Shown here one piece after another: positions 1 through 12,457 of a stretch of DNA of 64,000 nucleotides. A program made the translations under genes and the position numbers. Position 1 is the stretch's first letter. Every line of letters starts with the position of its first letter. The notes below the pieces were generated by a model, which worked only from the letters and a program-made list of their open reading frames with translations, searched no databases and had not been told where the DNA came from. The stretch is from Chrysomallon squamiferum (taxonomy: Eukaryota > Animalia > Mollusca). The stretch covers positions 10,044,001-10,108,000 of the forward strand of contig CM022679.1 in NCBI GenBank assembly GCA_012295275.1, in the 5' to 3' direction.

Positions 1-35
1 AAACTCATCGGCCACCACTGTCACTCTCTAAACTG
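1..35 (+). CDS. RPL18: 60S ribosomal protein L18 (eL18), internal exon truncated by window start
   Basis: Frame from nt 3 reads THRPPLSLSKL (RPL18 motif RPPLSLS), followed by donor GTAAG at 36; phase 0. Confidence 0.9.
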
Positions 36-944
36 GTAAGTCTAGTTCTATTGAAATAAGAGAATATAACATTATACTTCATAATGATCTTAGGTTAAAC
101 ATCTAGTCAAATTTAAAGATGCCTAACATCTCATTTCTATTTGAATATTAATATTTTTTTTCTTTCAGATTTTGTCAATTTTATCATAATTGAAGTTGTT
201 GTAGTTGCCCTGTATTTACTCCAAGCAAAGAACATTGTTTTATTGAACCTTAAAAACAACAACACAACTTTCATTATGTGAACCAAACTTTCAAACCCCA
301 GAAATCTGAAAACAAAGTAGTTGAAAAGATCCTTTAAAATGACATCAAGATCAACTGAATATTTTGAATGTTAAGGAAGTAACATTAATTTCAAAAACTT
401 TTAATAGGTGCTTATTTTCATCCAGTTAAACACTGACCAAAAACTGCTACATTTCTGGGCAAAACCAAACAATGAAAAAACCCTCAGAAAACAAAACTAA
501 TTATTGTAGGCAAAAATAAAAACAACAGACAGTGCAATAGCATATGCTTGTTTAATTTGCTGGTCTCCCCAGCATTTGTGAAAGGGATGGCAGGAATCAA
601 TGTAACTGGTGCAAGTCAAAAATATTCATATAAATAATTGCGACAAATGCATTAACTGTTAGCAATTTTATTTTATTTGCAATTAAATAAAATCCAAGTG
701 TCTGTTGCTGGTGAGTTCTGTCTGGTTGTTCTGTGAATTGTATTTACAAAATATGTGTGTGTGAAATGTGAGACAGTTTTTATTGCTCTGAAAGTAAAAG
801 ATCGTCACACAGTGTGATAATGAATATTTATGAGAAAGTGACATTGAGTTGCCTATGCACTTTTAATAATAATAGTTTTTATATTATGAGGATCGAGTGC
901 TTATCTGTTTTCAGAGGACAAAGATAATATTTATATATCTAGGA

Positions 945-1886
945 CACTGGTTCTCAACCTTTTTTTGCCAACAGCACACCTTGGAACACATGAAAAAATA
1001 GCAGCACACTTGGCTAAATATATATGAAAAATATTTGAATCTTGCAAAATAAAAACTTGGTAACTGTACACACAGGCTAGTTATAGACGCATAGAATGAC
1101 TCAAACTAAATATAGAAAAACACAGCTGTGAACTCACTTAATTGCAGTGTTTCGAATTTCATCAGTCAGATAGCTGGCTTCTTTAGTGAGAAGTTTGTGC
1201 CTGGCTTTTATTCATAATTTCTCAATGTCTGGTTTGAATATGCCAGACAGAAACACCCTCAATTCTTCACATGAAAAAATAATGGCACACTTCTTGTTTT
1301 TGATATTGTTCAATGTTGAAGCCTACTTCACATGCATAAGGCGTTGAAAATTGTAATAACAGGCTAAAGTCTTAGACGTAATATGGGATACTCTTCAAAT
1401 TAAAAAAGAAAAAATGAATCAATGGGCACAGTCAAATGCTTTAATTTTATCAGTCAGATGGTCACTTCTTTAGTGAGAAAATTCTTCCTGTAACTTTTTA
1501 GTTCAGTATTTGGAAGAATGATTTAATAAAGGATCTCTAAGCCAATCATACTTTTCTGTCTTTAATGACAGAAATTAATTGTTGATGCTTTTGTCCAGGG
1601 CTGTCAGATGAGTAAACACAATAGGGATCATTTCTCTAATGCAGGTAGAATGCAATAAAGGGAACATATCAAGACTGACAGTGATTGCTCTTTTTCCCAA
1701 ATCACTATTTTCTTTTTGAGGGCAGCTAACTTGTCTGTTGAAGTGAGAATATTTTCATTTTTACCTTGCATACTACTGTTTGTTTTATTTTGGGATCACA
1801 TGGTGTTTTGCATTTTCTTAGTGTGCAGTTCAAAATTTCGCGGCACACTAAGAAAGATCTTGTGGTACACTGGTTGAGAATCACTG
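945..1886 (-). mobile_element. Internally deleted, decayed hAT DNA transposon (Buster/Charlie type) in an RPL18 intron
   Basis: TIRs CACTGGTTCTCAACC (945-959) and GGTTGAGAATCACTG (1872-1886) match at 13/15. The 8-bp TSD is atctagga/atttaaga (6/8). Broken transposase peptides on - include NSSMQGKNENILTSTDKLAALKKKIVIWEKR (~1690-1780), YDWLRDP (~1530-1550), LLQFSTPYACEVGF (hATC dimerisation region, ~1315-1360) and a terminal QAQTSH-stop (~1183-1203). Confidence 0.9.
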
Positions 1887-1926
1887 ATTTAAGATAACAC
1901 AATTATTATACTGTTGTATGTTAAAA

Positions 1927-2228
1927 ACTTTGTAGTGATCATTGAAGTTCATGTGCAGTAATTAAGCCGCACAGTGCCTGCTGCAGTAGCCTTGATTACA
2001 CAGGCATTGTGAGTTAGCAGCAAATTTTAGAGGAATTGGATTGCATTCCTTTGAAACGCTGGAGGTGTTTTATGTGAATATGTCAGTCACTGTTTACATC
2101 TATTTTGTTTAAGAACAAGACACATGAACTGCTGATCTCAAAAGTGCATAACAATGGCATGACAGTCAGTGTAAATAAACAGGTGACAGATATAGCTGAC
2201 GAATAGTGGGCAGACTCGTCATACAATT
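1927..2228 (+). ncRNA. Candidate structured intronic ncRNA (possibly a large H/ACA-type sno/scaRNA); family unassigned
   Basis: Outer stem AGTTCATGTG(1946-55)/CACATGAACT(2121-30), extended by GATCA/TGATC and ACTTT/AAAGT. Inner hairpins CACAGTGCCTG/CAGGCATTGTG and TTTAGAGGAAT/ATTCCTTTGAA. ANANNA box ATAACA at 2148-53, then stem ATGAC-AGTC/GACT-C-GTCAT followed by ACA+3 nt (2223-28). Host is a ribosomal-protein intron. Confidence 0.45.
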
Positions 2229-2420
2229 GTAATGTCCATATCTTCTCACTGTACACTGGTGTTTATTAAAATGCCTCACATTCTGTAACAAATATTTGTC
2301 ATCTTCAGTGCTTACACACATGCATCCTGTGAATACCTATTTATTGAAGCTTAAAAACTATCTTATTTGATGCATATGGTTTATTTCTGACCATTACTTA
2401 AAACTGATGTTTTCTTTCAG

Positions 2421-2519
2421 ACACGTTTTATGAAGAAGCCCACTCGTGAAGGAAAGACCGCAGTTATTGTTGGTACCGTTACTGACGATGTGCGAATAAT
2501 GGAGATACCCAAGTTGAAG
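2421..2519 (+). CDS. RPL18: RPL18 internal exon (99 nt)
   Basis: tttctttcAG acceptor; [33 protein letters not shown]; donor GTATTT; phase 0/0. Confidence 0.97.
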
Positions 2520-2978
2520 GTATTTTTAAAACTATTTTGAAATCAATGTGCATTTTAAAAACGAAAAGTATTGTTATCATACGTATATTTGATATTCTCT
2601 AAAAATTACTTTATTTTCCATTAAAAACCTTGTTTTATTTTATTAATTGAAAGGTTAAACTGTAATTACACAAATGTATTTTCCCCTTTAACGTCTGTTT
2701 TTATTGTATCAAAATTTCGTTATTTTTATAGAACTTTGATCATCTTAAAACACTGTAATTAAAGCAAATCATAGGTGCATATTAAACAAAATTCCGTTAC
2801 AGGTTTTTTTTTTTTTTTTAATATGCATTTAACCAAACCTACCGATCTTCACAACAAATTAAGGCATTTGAAACATAAATTTTAAAATTATTATCCTACT
2901 AAGACGAAAAATACATTTCCAGACATAGATGAAATTGCCCTTTTCCCATTAAAAATGAAGAGTATTTATTTTTTTTAG

Positions 2979-3102
2979 ATTTGTGCTTTGAGAGTAACTG
3001 AACGTGCTCGTGGACGAATTCTGAAGGCTGGTGGTCAGATTATGACTTTTGACCAGCTGGCTATCAAGGCACCAAAGGGACAGAACACTGTTCTTATGCA
3101 GG
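2979..3102 (+). CDS. RPL18: RPL18 internal exon (124 nt)
   Basis: ttttttAG acceptor; [41 protein letters not shown](G); donor GTAAAA; phase 0/1. Confidence 0.97.
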
Positions 3103-3539
3103 GTAAAAAATAATTTAATCATTTCATTTCATTATTTTGAGATGTGATCAAAGATTTACTTCAGTTGCTTAGACATAGTATGATTGCTAAAAGTCACAAT
3201 ATTGTTTTCCTCTTTCTTTAATAGAAAATAATTATCTTTCTGCATCAGTCATTTGTTTCTGTCATTTACAACTGTTAAAATATTGTCAGAGATGTGCTAA
3301 AATATATTCTGTATATAGCTGCAATAAAAACTAATTTTTTAAAACCTTTTTTTTATTCGGTTATTAGATTAAAAAGATAATTTAATTTTGTATCACATTT
3401 TCATTCTTGTCAGAATGTAAAACAATCTTGATATTCTTTGTATGAAAGTATTTTGTTAACACAATAAACTTTTAAAAATGGTTTTTAAATTGTACATGGA
3501 GAGTTTTGATTATTTGTGAATCTTAATCTTTCATTGCAG

Positions 3540-3609
3540 GTCCTCGCAAGGCTCGTGAGGCATACAGACATTTTGGACGTGCACCTGGTGTACCACACAG
3601 TCATACTGC
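3540..3609 (+). CDS. RPL18: RPL18 internal exon (70 nt)
   Basis: ttgcAG acceptor; [23 protein letters not shown](A); donor GTATGT; phase 1/2. Confidence 0.97.
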
Positions 3610-3926
3610 GTATGTAGACATTATATTCTTATATTTGAAGAGAAATTTTTTTTAATGGCTGTTAATACTACGGATGTAAAATAGTGATCAATACATATTT
3701 GTATAATTTGTCACTTTGTGTGCATATTCAGTATTTTACCAAAATCTTTTCAATTAATTAAATCTAATTTTTATACAGTTTTCATACTTTATTATATTTT
3801 TTTTAATAATAATTATTATTATTATATTTAATTTAAAAAATGTATTATTATTGTTATTATTATTTTTAATTTAAAAAATTTATTATTATTTTTATTATTT
3901 TTAATTTTAAATTTTTCTTATTCTAG

Positions 3927-4002
3927 TCCGTATGTCCGTTCAAAGGGAAGGAAATTTGAGCGTGCTCGTGGACGTAGACACAGTCGTGCTTACAAAAACT
4001 AA
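3927..4002 (+). CDS. RPL18: RPL18 last coding exon
   Basis: ttctAG acceptor; [24 protein letters not shown] then TAA (4000-4002), the characteristic RPL18 C-terminus. Confidence 0.97.
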
Positions 4003-4032
4003 CCTTTGTCACACTGAAACAAAGACAGTACA

Positions 4033-4038
4033 AATAAA
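4033..4038 (+). terminator. Probable RPL18 polyadenylation signal
   Basis: AATAAA 30 nt after the stop codon, followed by a GT-rich tract (gggttttgttttgttgt, ~4060-4076). Confidence 0.7.
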
Positions 4039-5064
4039 TGAAGAATGAATAAGAAGAATGGGTTTTGTTTTGTTGTAAATATATATTTAAATTTAAAAAA
4101 AAGCTCTATAAAGATACTGTGTGTGTGTGTGTGTGTGTGTTGATACATATATATGTTGTTGGCTGGGGTATGTATATACAACATAGAAACAAAAAAGTAG
4201 TGATTATTTCACAAAACTGACTGATCTTCAAAAAAGAAAGTGTATTCTGTATTAATGCTTTTTGTTAACCTTTGAAATAGAATTAATCACATATTTTCAG
4301 ATTTCCATTTAAAGTGATTTTCTAAAATGCAGTACACTTGACTCATTTCAAGCTCAATTTTATTCTCAGATAAAAAGTCAAATTAGAAGTAAGCAAAATG
4401 CAAATAAGTTTAAATAGCAGTAGTGAAGAGATACTGTTTAAATTTGTGTTTACAAAGCCATATTTTACTATTTAACAGCAGTTTTATAAAATGGGTATTT
4501 CTTAATCCACAGGCAGAAGTGTTCATGGTGTTAATTTTATAAATGATAATATTGTTGTCTCTTCTTAAAATAATTAAAATTCAAACTTTTTCAGAAAAAA
4601 ATGTATGTAAAATGATGCAAACAGTTGACTCAAAAACATCCACTTAAAAATGATCATTTGGTTAGTCTTGACCAACCTTTGTTAGTAATAAAGTGTATTT
4701 CAGAATAAAGGAACTGAACAATGGTGCTGACAATTACTTTGAAAAACATAAAACTGCAAATGATTATTCAGTTTGCTCAGCCAAACGTTTATAACAATAA
4801 AGTGTGAGGCAGCCATTTATCCATGTATGTTGTCACATATTTTTATGTGTGGTTACAAACAAAAGGAAGGGATTGCAACATCTTGCTTCACTGTAAGTTT
4901 GTTTTATATATATCCAAAATGTATTGAGATACCCTATATTTCTATTTAGACAAACACACTTTACAGTAGCAAACAAAAATAAATAATCAAGATTATGTTA
5001 TCATTTATGTTATACAAGATTTAACAAAGCTATCAGTATTCAGAAAATTCTAGGTCACATCTTC

Positions 5065-5678
5065 TATGGATGAAAGATCGCCGCCTATTAATTTCGCCCA
5101 ATTTTTTTTTGAAATCCACCCCTTTTCAACTTTGATTCGTTTCGCTAAAATTTCCGGAGTTTAGATTCAACTTCAGATCTAACATGGCTACGCCCATTGT
5201 GGTCGCCATATTTGCTTGTTCGCCACTGACCAGATTTGTCTCGCGAAGTGTCATCTGCACGAGACCAATGCACAGATCGTATACATTGGTCGATGCATGT
5301 TTGACAAAATGGTGGTATTGTTTGCGAATGCATTGAAAATCTCTCCATTGTTCGGCATTTTGTGATTTCAGTGGATGTCGTACAAAGTTCTTGATCGGTC
5401 AGCGGACCTGAAGGCGATTGATTCGCGGAGTCAGGAACGCTTTTCGATGGAATTGGCTTGAAGAAAAGGACAAACTCTGTGATTTTCTTAGCGAGTGGGT
5501 TCACAAAATCAATCAACTAGTTGCCGTTTGTGCTTGGTGCAGTGTGCTTAAAATTCCAACTCCAATTCCCCACCCCACCCCCGGCGCTGTCTGTGCCATC
5601 GTGACCTCAGGCAAAAACATATCCATAATTTGGTAAAATTATTTCAGCCCTTTTGGGGAAAAGTCACTTTCATCCCTG
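5065..5678. mobile_element. Non-autonomous hAT element / MITE with Ac-like termini
   Basis: Left end (TA)TGGATGAAAG, right end CTTTCATCCCTG (reverse complement CAGGGATGAAAG, like the Ac TIR CAGGGATGAAA). ATCTTCT occurs at both ends (5059-65 and 5679-85). The interior is CpG-rich and contrasts with AT-rich flanks. Confidence 0.7.
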
Positions 5679-8355
5679 ATCTTCTGATCTCACCATATTC
5701 TCTTTTATCTGATTCATTTAATGATATCAGGTTAACATTAAATAATTTGTCTCTTTCTATGTAATTATTTTTTCTTTTTATCATTTTGAAAGCTAGGAAA
5801 ATCTATGTTAGATATAATTTGCTTAACATAAGTAAAATCAGACTGCATAATTTTATTGTCTAGACAGTTAATGCCTATTTGTTTGCTTTTGAATTGACAT
5901 CTCTGTGCATTTTGATATTATGTTAACTTATGATCATCCTCTCTTATTTATATTCAATTTCAGTGAGTGTTAGTGAATGTGGTGCTTATACACATACATA
6001 TATACTTATTTTTGAACACACACACACATATACTTACATACATATAAATATGTGTATGTAATTTTTACGTGCCTTACAAAAGCTTTTCTTAATGCGACAC
6101 CCTCCCAGAGTCTCACAAACATACCAGCCCAATGTGTGCTGCCATCTGTAGGGCAGTAGTGTAACTACTAGTATTATTAATTGTGCTGGGAGCTGTTTTT
6201 AAAATAAATCAGTATAAAAAGACAGTTCATACTGTTACAAACTGTACACAGTATTATTAAGAAATATAAAATAAACAATATTTATCCAAGACTTTTTTTT
6301 TTTAAATTACGATAAAAATCAATTAAATCTTGTTTTAAATGTAAAATGAAACTGGAGTAATTTTATAACTGATGGGTTCAAAAATATCTAACTTGTATCC
6401 ACCAAAATGAGATGCATTATCACAATTACTGTTAACATTTCTTGGCTCTCAAAGCAATTAGTAGTTTATTATTTATAATATGGAAAAGAAAAAACCATAG
6501 TCTTAACCAACAAAATAATCAAGATACTGGTAAGAGATTGTTTCTGCAAAATCCATTGTCATAAGTAAGTGCTGATCCAGTAGTTATAAACTTTTACATT
6601 TAAAAATAATAAAATTTAAAATGATAGTGAAATTTCTATGCAAGTACATAGCTAACATTTTTGTTAAAATATCTAGAATTCATCCATGAAATATTTCTTT
6701 CATTTATATATTTTTTTTAAATAAAAATATTTATTGGAAGCCTGTGAAGCTGCTATTTTCTCTTGTATGAAACATGGAAACAATAACATCTGAAGTGACC
6801 ATTAATAGACATTTTGAGATATTAAATGTTTATTAATTAACTCAGTTGGCAAAACACTAAATTACAAGAAAGAAAAGACAACTCTTAATAGATTTGTTAA
6901 CAACTTTTATTATCAATGCCTTTTTTTTAATTTTTTAATTTTTTTTTATTCATGTACTGGTGAAAACAAAACTAAACACACACCTTTCAGACATCTTTAA
7001 ATACATGTATTTGTATTAAATAGCACAATAACAAAAAGAAACAAAAAAAAAATGCATTAATGTACATGCACTACATAAACATACTCTGGTGCTCACAGTA
7101 CACTGTTCTTTTAGGATACAATCTGAAATACCTGTTTTAACAACACAGTTAATTTTCAGGCACTTTTAAAGTGTTTTTTTTTCTTTTTCATAATTATTAT
7201 TATTATTTAATTTATATATATCCTAGTATATACACATATGTATATTTATATAAAAATGGATAGATTTTGGAGGTAATGTACTTTGCAGCCATTTTGATGA
7301 CACCACATAAGGGACTGTACATTTTTTATTGGTTTGTCCTTCATCTCATAAAACAAACCTCCCACTTCCGTGATGCTATTTACAAATTTCTTTTGACAAA
7401 ATGGTTATTTATCTACGATATTAAATTTGATATTTCATTAGCAAATCCAATAATGTGCACAATTTGTTTTTGATTCAGAGATTTCAGATTTTTTATTCGT
7501 AATATTTATTATAAGCATTTTTGATCCCATGCATAGTTCAAAGTTTTATACACTATCACATTTAGAAATTAATCACAATGAAAATTAATTTTAACACAAT
7601 TTTGATTTGTAACAATGTTTGGCAATATATTACACAACTGCATTATTGAGAAATTTTTAGAGTTTTATTAATAAAACAGGAAACTTCATAACTAGATTTT
7701 ACGTTTCATCCTATTTGTCTATTTAACATTAACTATACAATTATAAACTTGTACACTTTAATAATGATGAAAAATGATAAAAATAATAAAATAATTTCTT
7801 TTACATTTATCATAATGCTTAGGAATTAATAATGAAAAACAAATAATAAATAAATAAAAAAACGTCCTAAAGGCACAACAGGGTTTTATGATTACCCGTA
7901 ATATTCAATAAACAAAGGGACTGGAAAACAGATGTTTCTTTTTATTATATGTAGAAAAAGAAAATAAATGAATCAATAAAAAATATTAGTGAATAACCAA
8001 AGGAAAGAAAAAGTAATTAGAAATTTTATACATGAAACGTAAAAAAAAAAATAATAGTTTGGTAAATAACATGTAAAGCATATTTCTTCTTATTTACTGA
8101 AAATCTAGTTTTGAAAAATTAAATTAATACATTTTTTTTAAAAAGTGATGACTAAGCCTGAAAACATAAATAAATAGATTTTTGTTAGCCTGTTACTTTC
8201 TGTGTTGTAAGTGAATGTGAGGTTTGTGGGAACTCTTCTGAACTTAATAATAAAATAAGTAAAAATAATAATGTTTAAAAAATTATAAATAAAATAAAAA
8301 AAAAATGATAAAAAATTAAAGAATTCCAGTTATTGCTTTTGTTTCAACTTGAGTC

Positions 8356-8389
<34 letters not shown>

Positions 8390-9185
8390 ATTAAATAATA
8401 AGCACTTTTTTCTTAAAGAAATAAAAAATAAATAAAACTATGGTGAATCAGTAGAATGTAATTTATTACAGTTTTTATTTATTTATTTTATATATTTTTT
8501 TTGTTTTATCCCTGTAACATTTTTAAAACAAATAAATTGTTACTGTACAGAAATCACATTTACTAACAAGACAGAATGGATTAATTTCAGATTATACAAA
8601 ATAAAGTTTTGAGATTACCTACCAATCCTCCATACATATCACTAACAAAACAATTAACAACTTTCAGAGATGTTTAAAAAAAAAATATATACTGGACTTG
8701 TCAAACAAGCTACTTTTTATTTATTAGTTAAGTGATCAGTGGAAAGATTTCAAAGTCAGCTTACGAATTAAAGCTAAACATTTTATTTATGGAAATATTA
8801 GAGAATTTTAAAAATAACTAAAGAAATTAATTAAAGACAAGGTCAATTCAGGTTTTAAGAAAAATGGGCTGTTGGGGAGTATAAATTTGCAAATGAAATA
8901 ATTATTTCTTAACAAAGGTCAAAAAAAAAAAATGTTTTTAAAAAAAGATATAATATTAAAATATTAATAATAATAAACACCATCCCAGTCTCTATGTAGA
9001 AAGTGACAATTAATTTTATTGCTGTTATTACTATAATTATTTTAAAATTTAATATAGCAGTTGTGTTTGCAAGCTAATATGTTGGCTAAAATTAAAAAGT
9101 GAAATCATACTCAAGCACTAAATTAAATAAAACTGAAAAATTAGCTGTTTATTGTCACGAAATCGAAAATATGAGGATGTAATTG

Positions 9186-9229
<44 letters not shown>

Positions 9230-11328
9230 AATCTACTTACAAAAAGGATGTTAAAAATAAAAAATGAATGCACCGAAAAAACATTATTTCTATTAAACAA
9301 TAGTGTTATAATGTTTCAACGAAATAATTTTCTTGTTTAAAAACAATTTACAATCCTCACATTAATCTGACTTAAACACTAATTTTATTTTTTTATTATT
9401 ATTTTTTTTCAAGTGTGAAAATGGATCACAACCATAGAAGATGAAATGTAATATATATATGTGTCATTTTCAAATAACCCATTATATGAGTCGAGAGAAA
9501 AAGTCATGTAAGAATGAGTCTATGAACCAACAGGTAAGACAGTTATTAGCAATTACATGAATTATGCAAGTTATATTTATATAAAATTAGTTTTTTTTCA
9601 TTGATACCAATAAATGAAAGATTCCATATACACTGTGCCTTGTCACTAGAGTAATAAAATGGTTAAAAATTATAAACTGTATATTAATTTTGTTTTAACT
9701 TTGTCTTGATTTACAGTTTATACCAGAGGCAAAATCACATTTTCAATTTTATACCCAAAAACAATTTCCAGCTTTAGGTATAAAAATAATTTCTGATTAG
9801 TGAATTCTAATAACATAGTTTAAACTAAGTTTTAAATTAACTTACTAATTTATCAACAATATAGTAATAAGTCTGACTCAAAATGTTTATGTCGGATAAG
9901 GATTATTTCAGAACCTTAACTGCAGATAAAAACAAAACAAATGCTAACATGATTGCTGATCTTTAAACAAAGAAAAGGAGTTATCAGAGAGAGAGAGAGA
10001 CAGAGATAAAAATTATATAAAAATAAAATAATTAGAAATTTAGATTAATAATATACCCAAATTTAGATTAATCTAGTAAAGAATCTGAACAATAAATTTT
10101 TATTCAGTTACCAATGTGAAGTGCTTTGAAACCAATATTTCAGAACCAGAATTATACAGAAAATGGAAATGATGCTAACATAAATACCAAGTTTTAAATG
10201 AAGAAAAGAAAGAGCAGAGAGTGAGAGAGAGATTGTTTGAGATTGAGAGATTAAAACAATTATCAGAGAAAGAACATAATTACAGATTGTGAAGTTGTAA
10301 ATACTAGACGGCCTATTTTTTTCTGAAATGTGTTCAGATAAGGCTCATGTTATGTTTATTTTATTATTATTAATACTTTTTGCCAAATTACTTGGCATAA
10401 TTATATATATAATTCTCTTAATGGTTATCTGTATGAAGATTATATTGTTTAAGAATATAAATTAAAATATCTTGGATTCTGGAATATATTACATTTTTGA
10501 TATTACTTGTACACAGAACACTCGGTTTCAGTTTCAGACATTTGGCACACAGCTTGCAATAATAATAAAAAAAAAAAAAAAAAAAAAAATTAAATTCATT
10601 AAATTCTATACAAACTACACAGATTAGTCCAGCAGATAGAGTAAATAATTTTCATTTTGTTTTGCATTTGTCGCCAACACATCCATTTTCTAAAACAAAA
10701 ATTCCACATGGGACATATTTTGGGGTTGTTTTAAATAATCTCCTCTCTTTTTTTTTTTTTTTTTTTTTAGCAGCAGACATACTTCATTTTTCTTCTGACC
10801 ATTACTATTTATTATAATAATTTCAAAATAAAACTCTACATAAGTCAAAAACACTTTACTAACTATGCACAATAATGTTTTCTGCAAGACATATATGTCC
10901 GTTCTGAAAGACTTTTTATAACTTTTACTTTGTTTACTGGAAAGCAGTTGTTTAGACAGCACAAGCACCTCCCTGCACCAATACATGTGGATGATATATT
11001 CCACACAACAAATAATCATTCATTCATAACTTCTGAAGTGTTCAGTTGTGAGCTGCCTAATAATTTCTTATTGATTTTACAAGAAAAATAATAAGCATTT
11101 TTTATTTTTTAATAAAATAAAATTTTAGAAGCCCCAAAAAAACAATGAAGTACTGGTCAAGCAATATTTTAAATAAAGGTTTGAAAAAAAAAAAAAAAAA
11201 AACACGAAAGTGAAGCAGACAAAATTTGAAGACTGATATTTCATGAATAAACAACAGTATCATGTAACAGCAGTATATCCATTTTATTCACTGGTGATAC
11301 TGAATATAAAGGGAAGTAACTCTTAACA

Positions 11329-11437
11329 TTATGAAGTCTCCTGTTCCAACATGGCATCCAACTCATCAGTAAGTCCTTGTAGCATATTGTCAATGTCAAA
11401 AAGAACATCACCCGTGTCTTCTGTTTTTGGCACAGAC
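11329..11437 (-). CDS. CASKIN: Caskin-like protein, last coding exon (Caskin tail)
   Basis: cttacAG acceptor, phase 2. SVPKTEDTGDVLFDIDNMLQGLTDELDAMLEQETS-stop resembles the Caskin C-terminal motif (DI..M...L.D.LDAML). Confidence 0.9.
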
Positions 11438-12375
11438 CTGTAAGCAACAGAATATAAATAATATAAAACAATATATATATAAAGTGAAATTAATAAATAA
11501 AACATTGTTTTAGTTAAATTTAGAGAGCGGAAAATGGTGACCATTCTTAAAAAATAACAAACAATTGGATGAATTACACTGATATTGTTTGTTAATAAAG
11601 TCAATAATATTAGTGATTATCTATTATAGAACAACAACAACATATTTTCATTATTTTAACTGACAAGCATATCAGCGAATAGATTCTTTATTTGGTTTTA
11701 AAAGTTATATACCACCATTTTTATATATAACAGTTAATATGCAACTTCTTTGTTCACCTAATTCAGTGAAGGTGCATGAACAAAACATTTGCTGTTGCCA
11801 ACATCTGCCTTGTATTCAAGTTAAAATGGCAACCAATTAAAGTTTAAATTAGTGTTATAACACACACACAGCTTTACTTCCATTATTATTTACTAAATGC
11901 AGATTTAAGATGTCAGCCATTTACTCAAAAGAAGCTTGATTATAAAATTATCTTTTTGTCTTCTGAACCATTTAAATTTGAACCTGCTCTACACACAAAA
12001 AAAAAAAAAAAAAAAAAAAAAATACCAATAATAATAATAATAAAAAAAAATAAAACAGACAGAAAAAAAAAAAATAACAACAAAAGGAAGATGTTAAAAT
12101 TAAAAAAAAAAAATGTATATATATATATATATATATAAATAAAGAAAATTTTTAAATATTGTAAAAAGAAATACATCTTAAATATTTTAAAACGTAAAGA
12201 AATAAATATAATGTTTTATATTTTTTTTATATTGTTTTTTTATTTTTGTTATTTACAGAAAACAGAAAAATACCACCTATGAAGGTATTTTTAGAGTGTA
12301 AGCTTACAAGACAGGTTATACTATACAGAGATTAGTTTTCTTGTACACAGAATACTGTTGATATTATTGACTTAC

Positions 12376-12457
12376 GGTGTAGTTTTTACAGCTGTCTGTG
12401 GTGGACTGTTTGATACAAGTGTCGGTTTCTTACCAGGTAGAGGAGGACGAAATGTAC
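12376..12457 (-). CDS. CASKIN: Caskin-like protein, penultimate exon (82 nt)
   Basis: ttttactcccAG acceptor, GTAAGT donor; GTFRPPLPGKKPTLVSNSPPQTAVKTTP; phase 1/2 fits both neighbouring exons. Confidence 0.85.

Noticed and set aside
1624-1635. GGGATCATTTCT, resembling the U3 snoRNA box A region
   Set aside because: It lies inside the hAT transposase relic and no other U3 boxes or structure follow.
1935-2135. Reading the structured intronic RNA as a box C/D snoRNA (GTGATCA ... CTGA) or as telomerase RNA
   Set aside because: Box C has a mismatch at a kink-turn-stem position and the two motifs pair as ordinary Watson-Crick stems. No CTAACCCTAA-type template is nearby.
5145-5636. ORFs of 123 aa (-) and 72 aa (+) as genes
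   Set aside because: They sit within a TIR-bounded element, have no recognisable domain and show no exon structure.
6900-11328. Defining the Caskin 3' UTR and poly(A) site (AATAAA on - at 11283-88, 6945-50, 6906-11 and many others; single miR-124 seed match near 7870)
   Set aside because: AATAAA and 7-mers are too frequent in such AT-rich DNA to choose among without transcript data.
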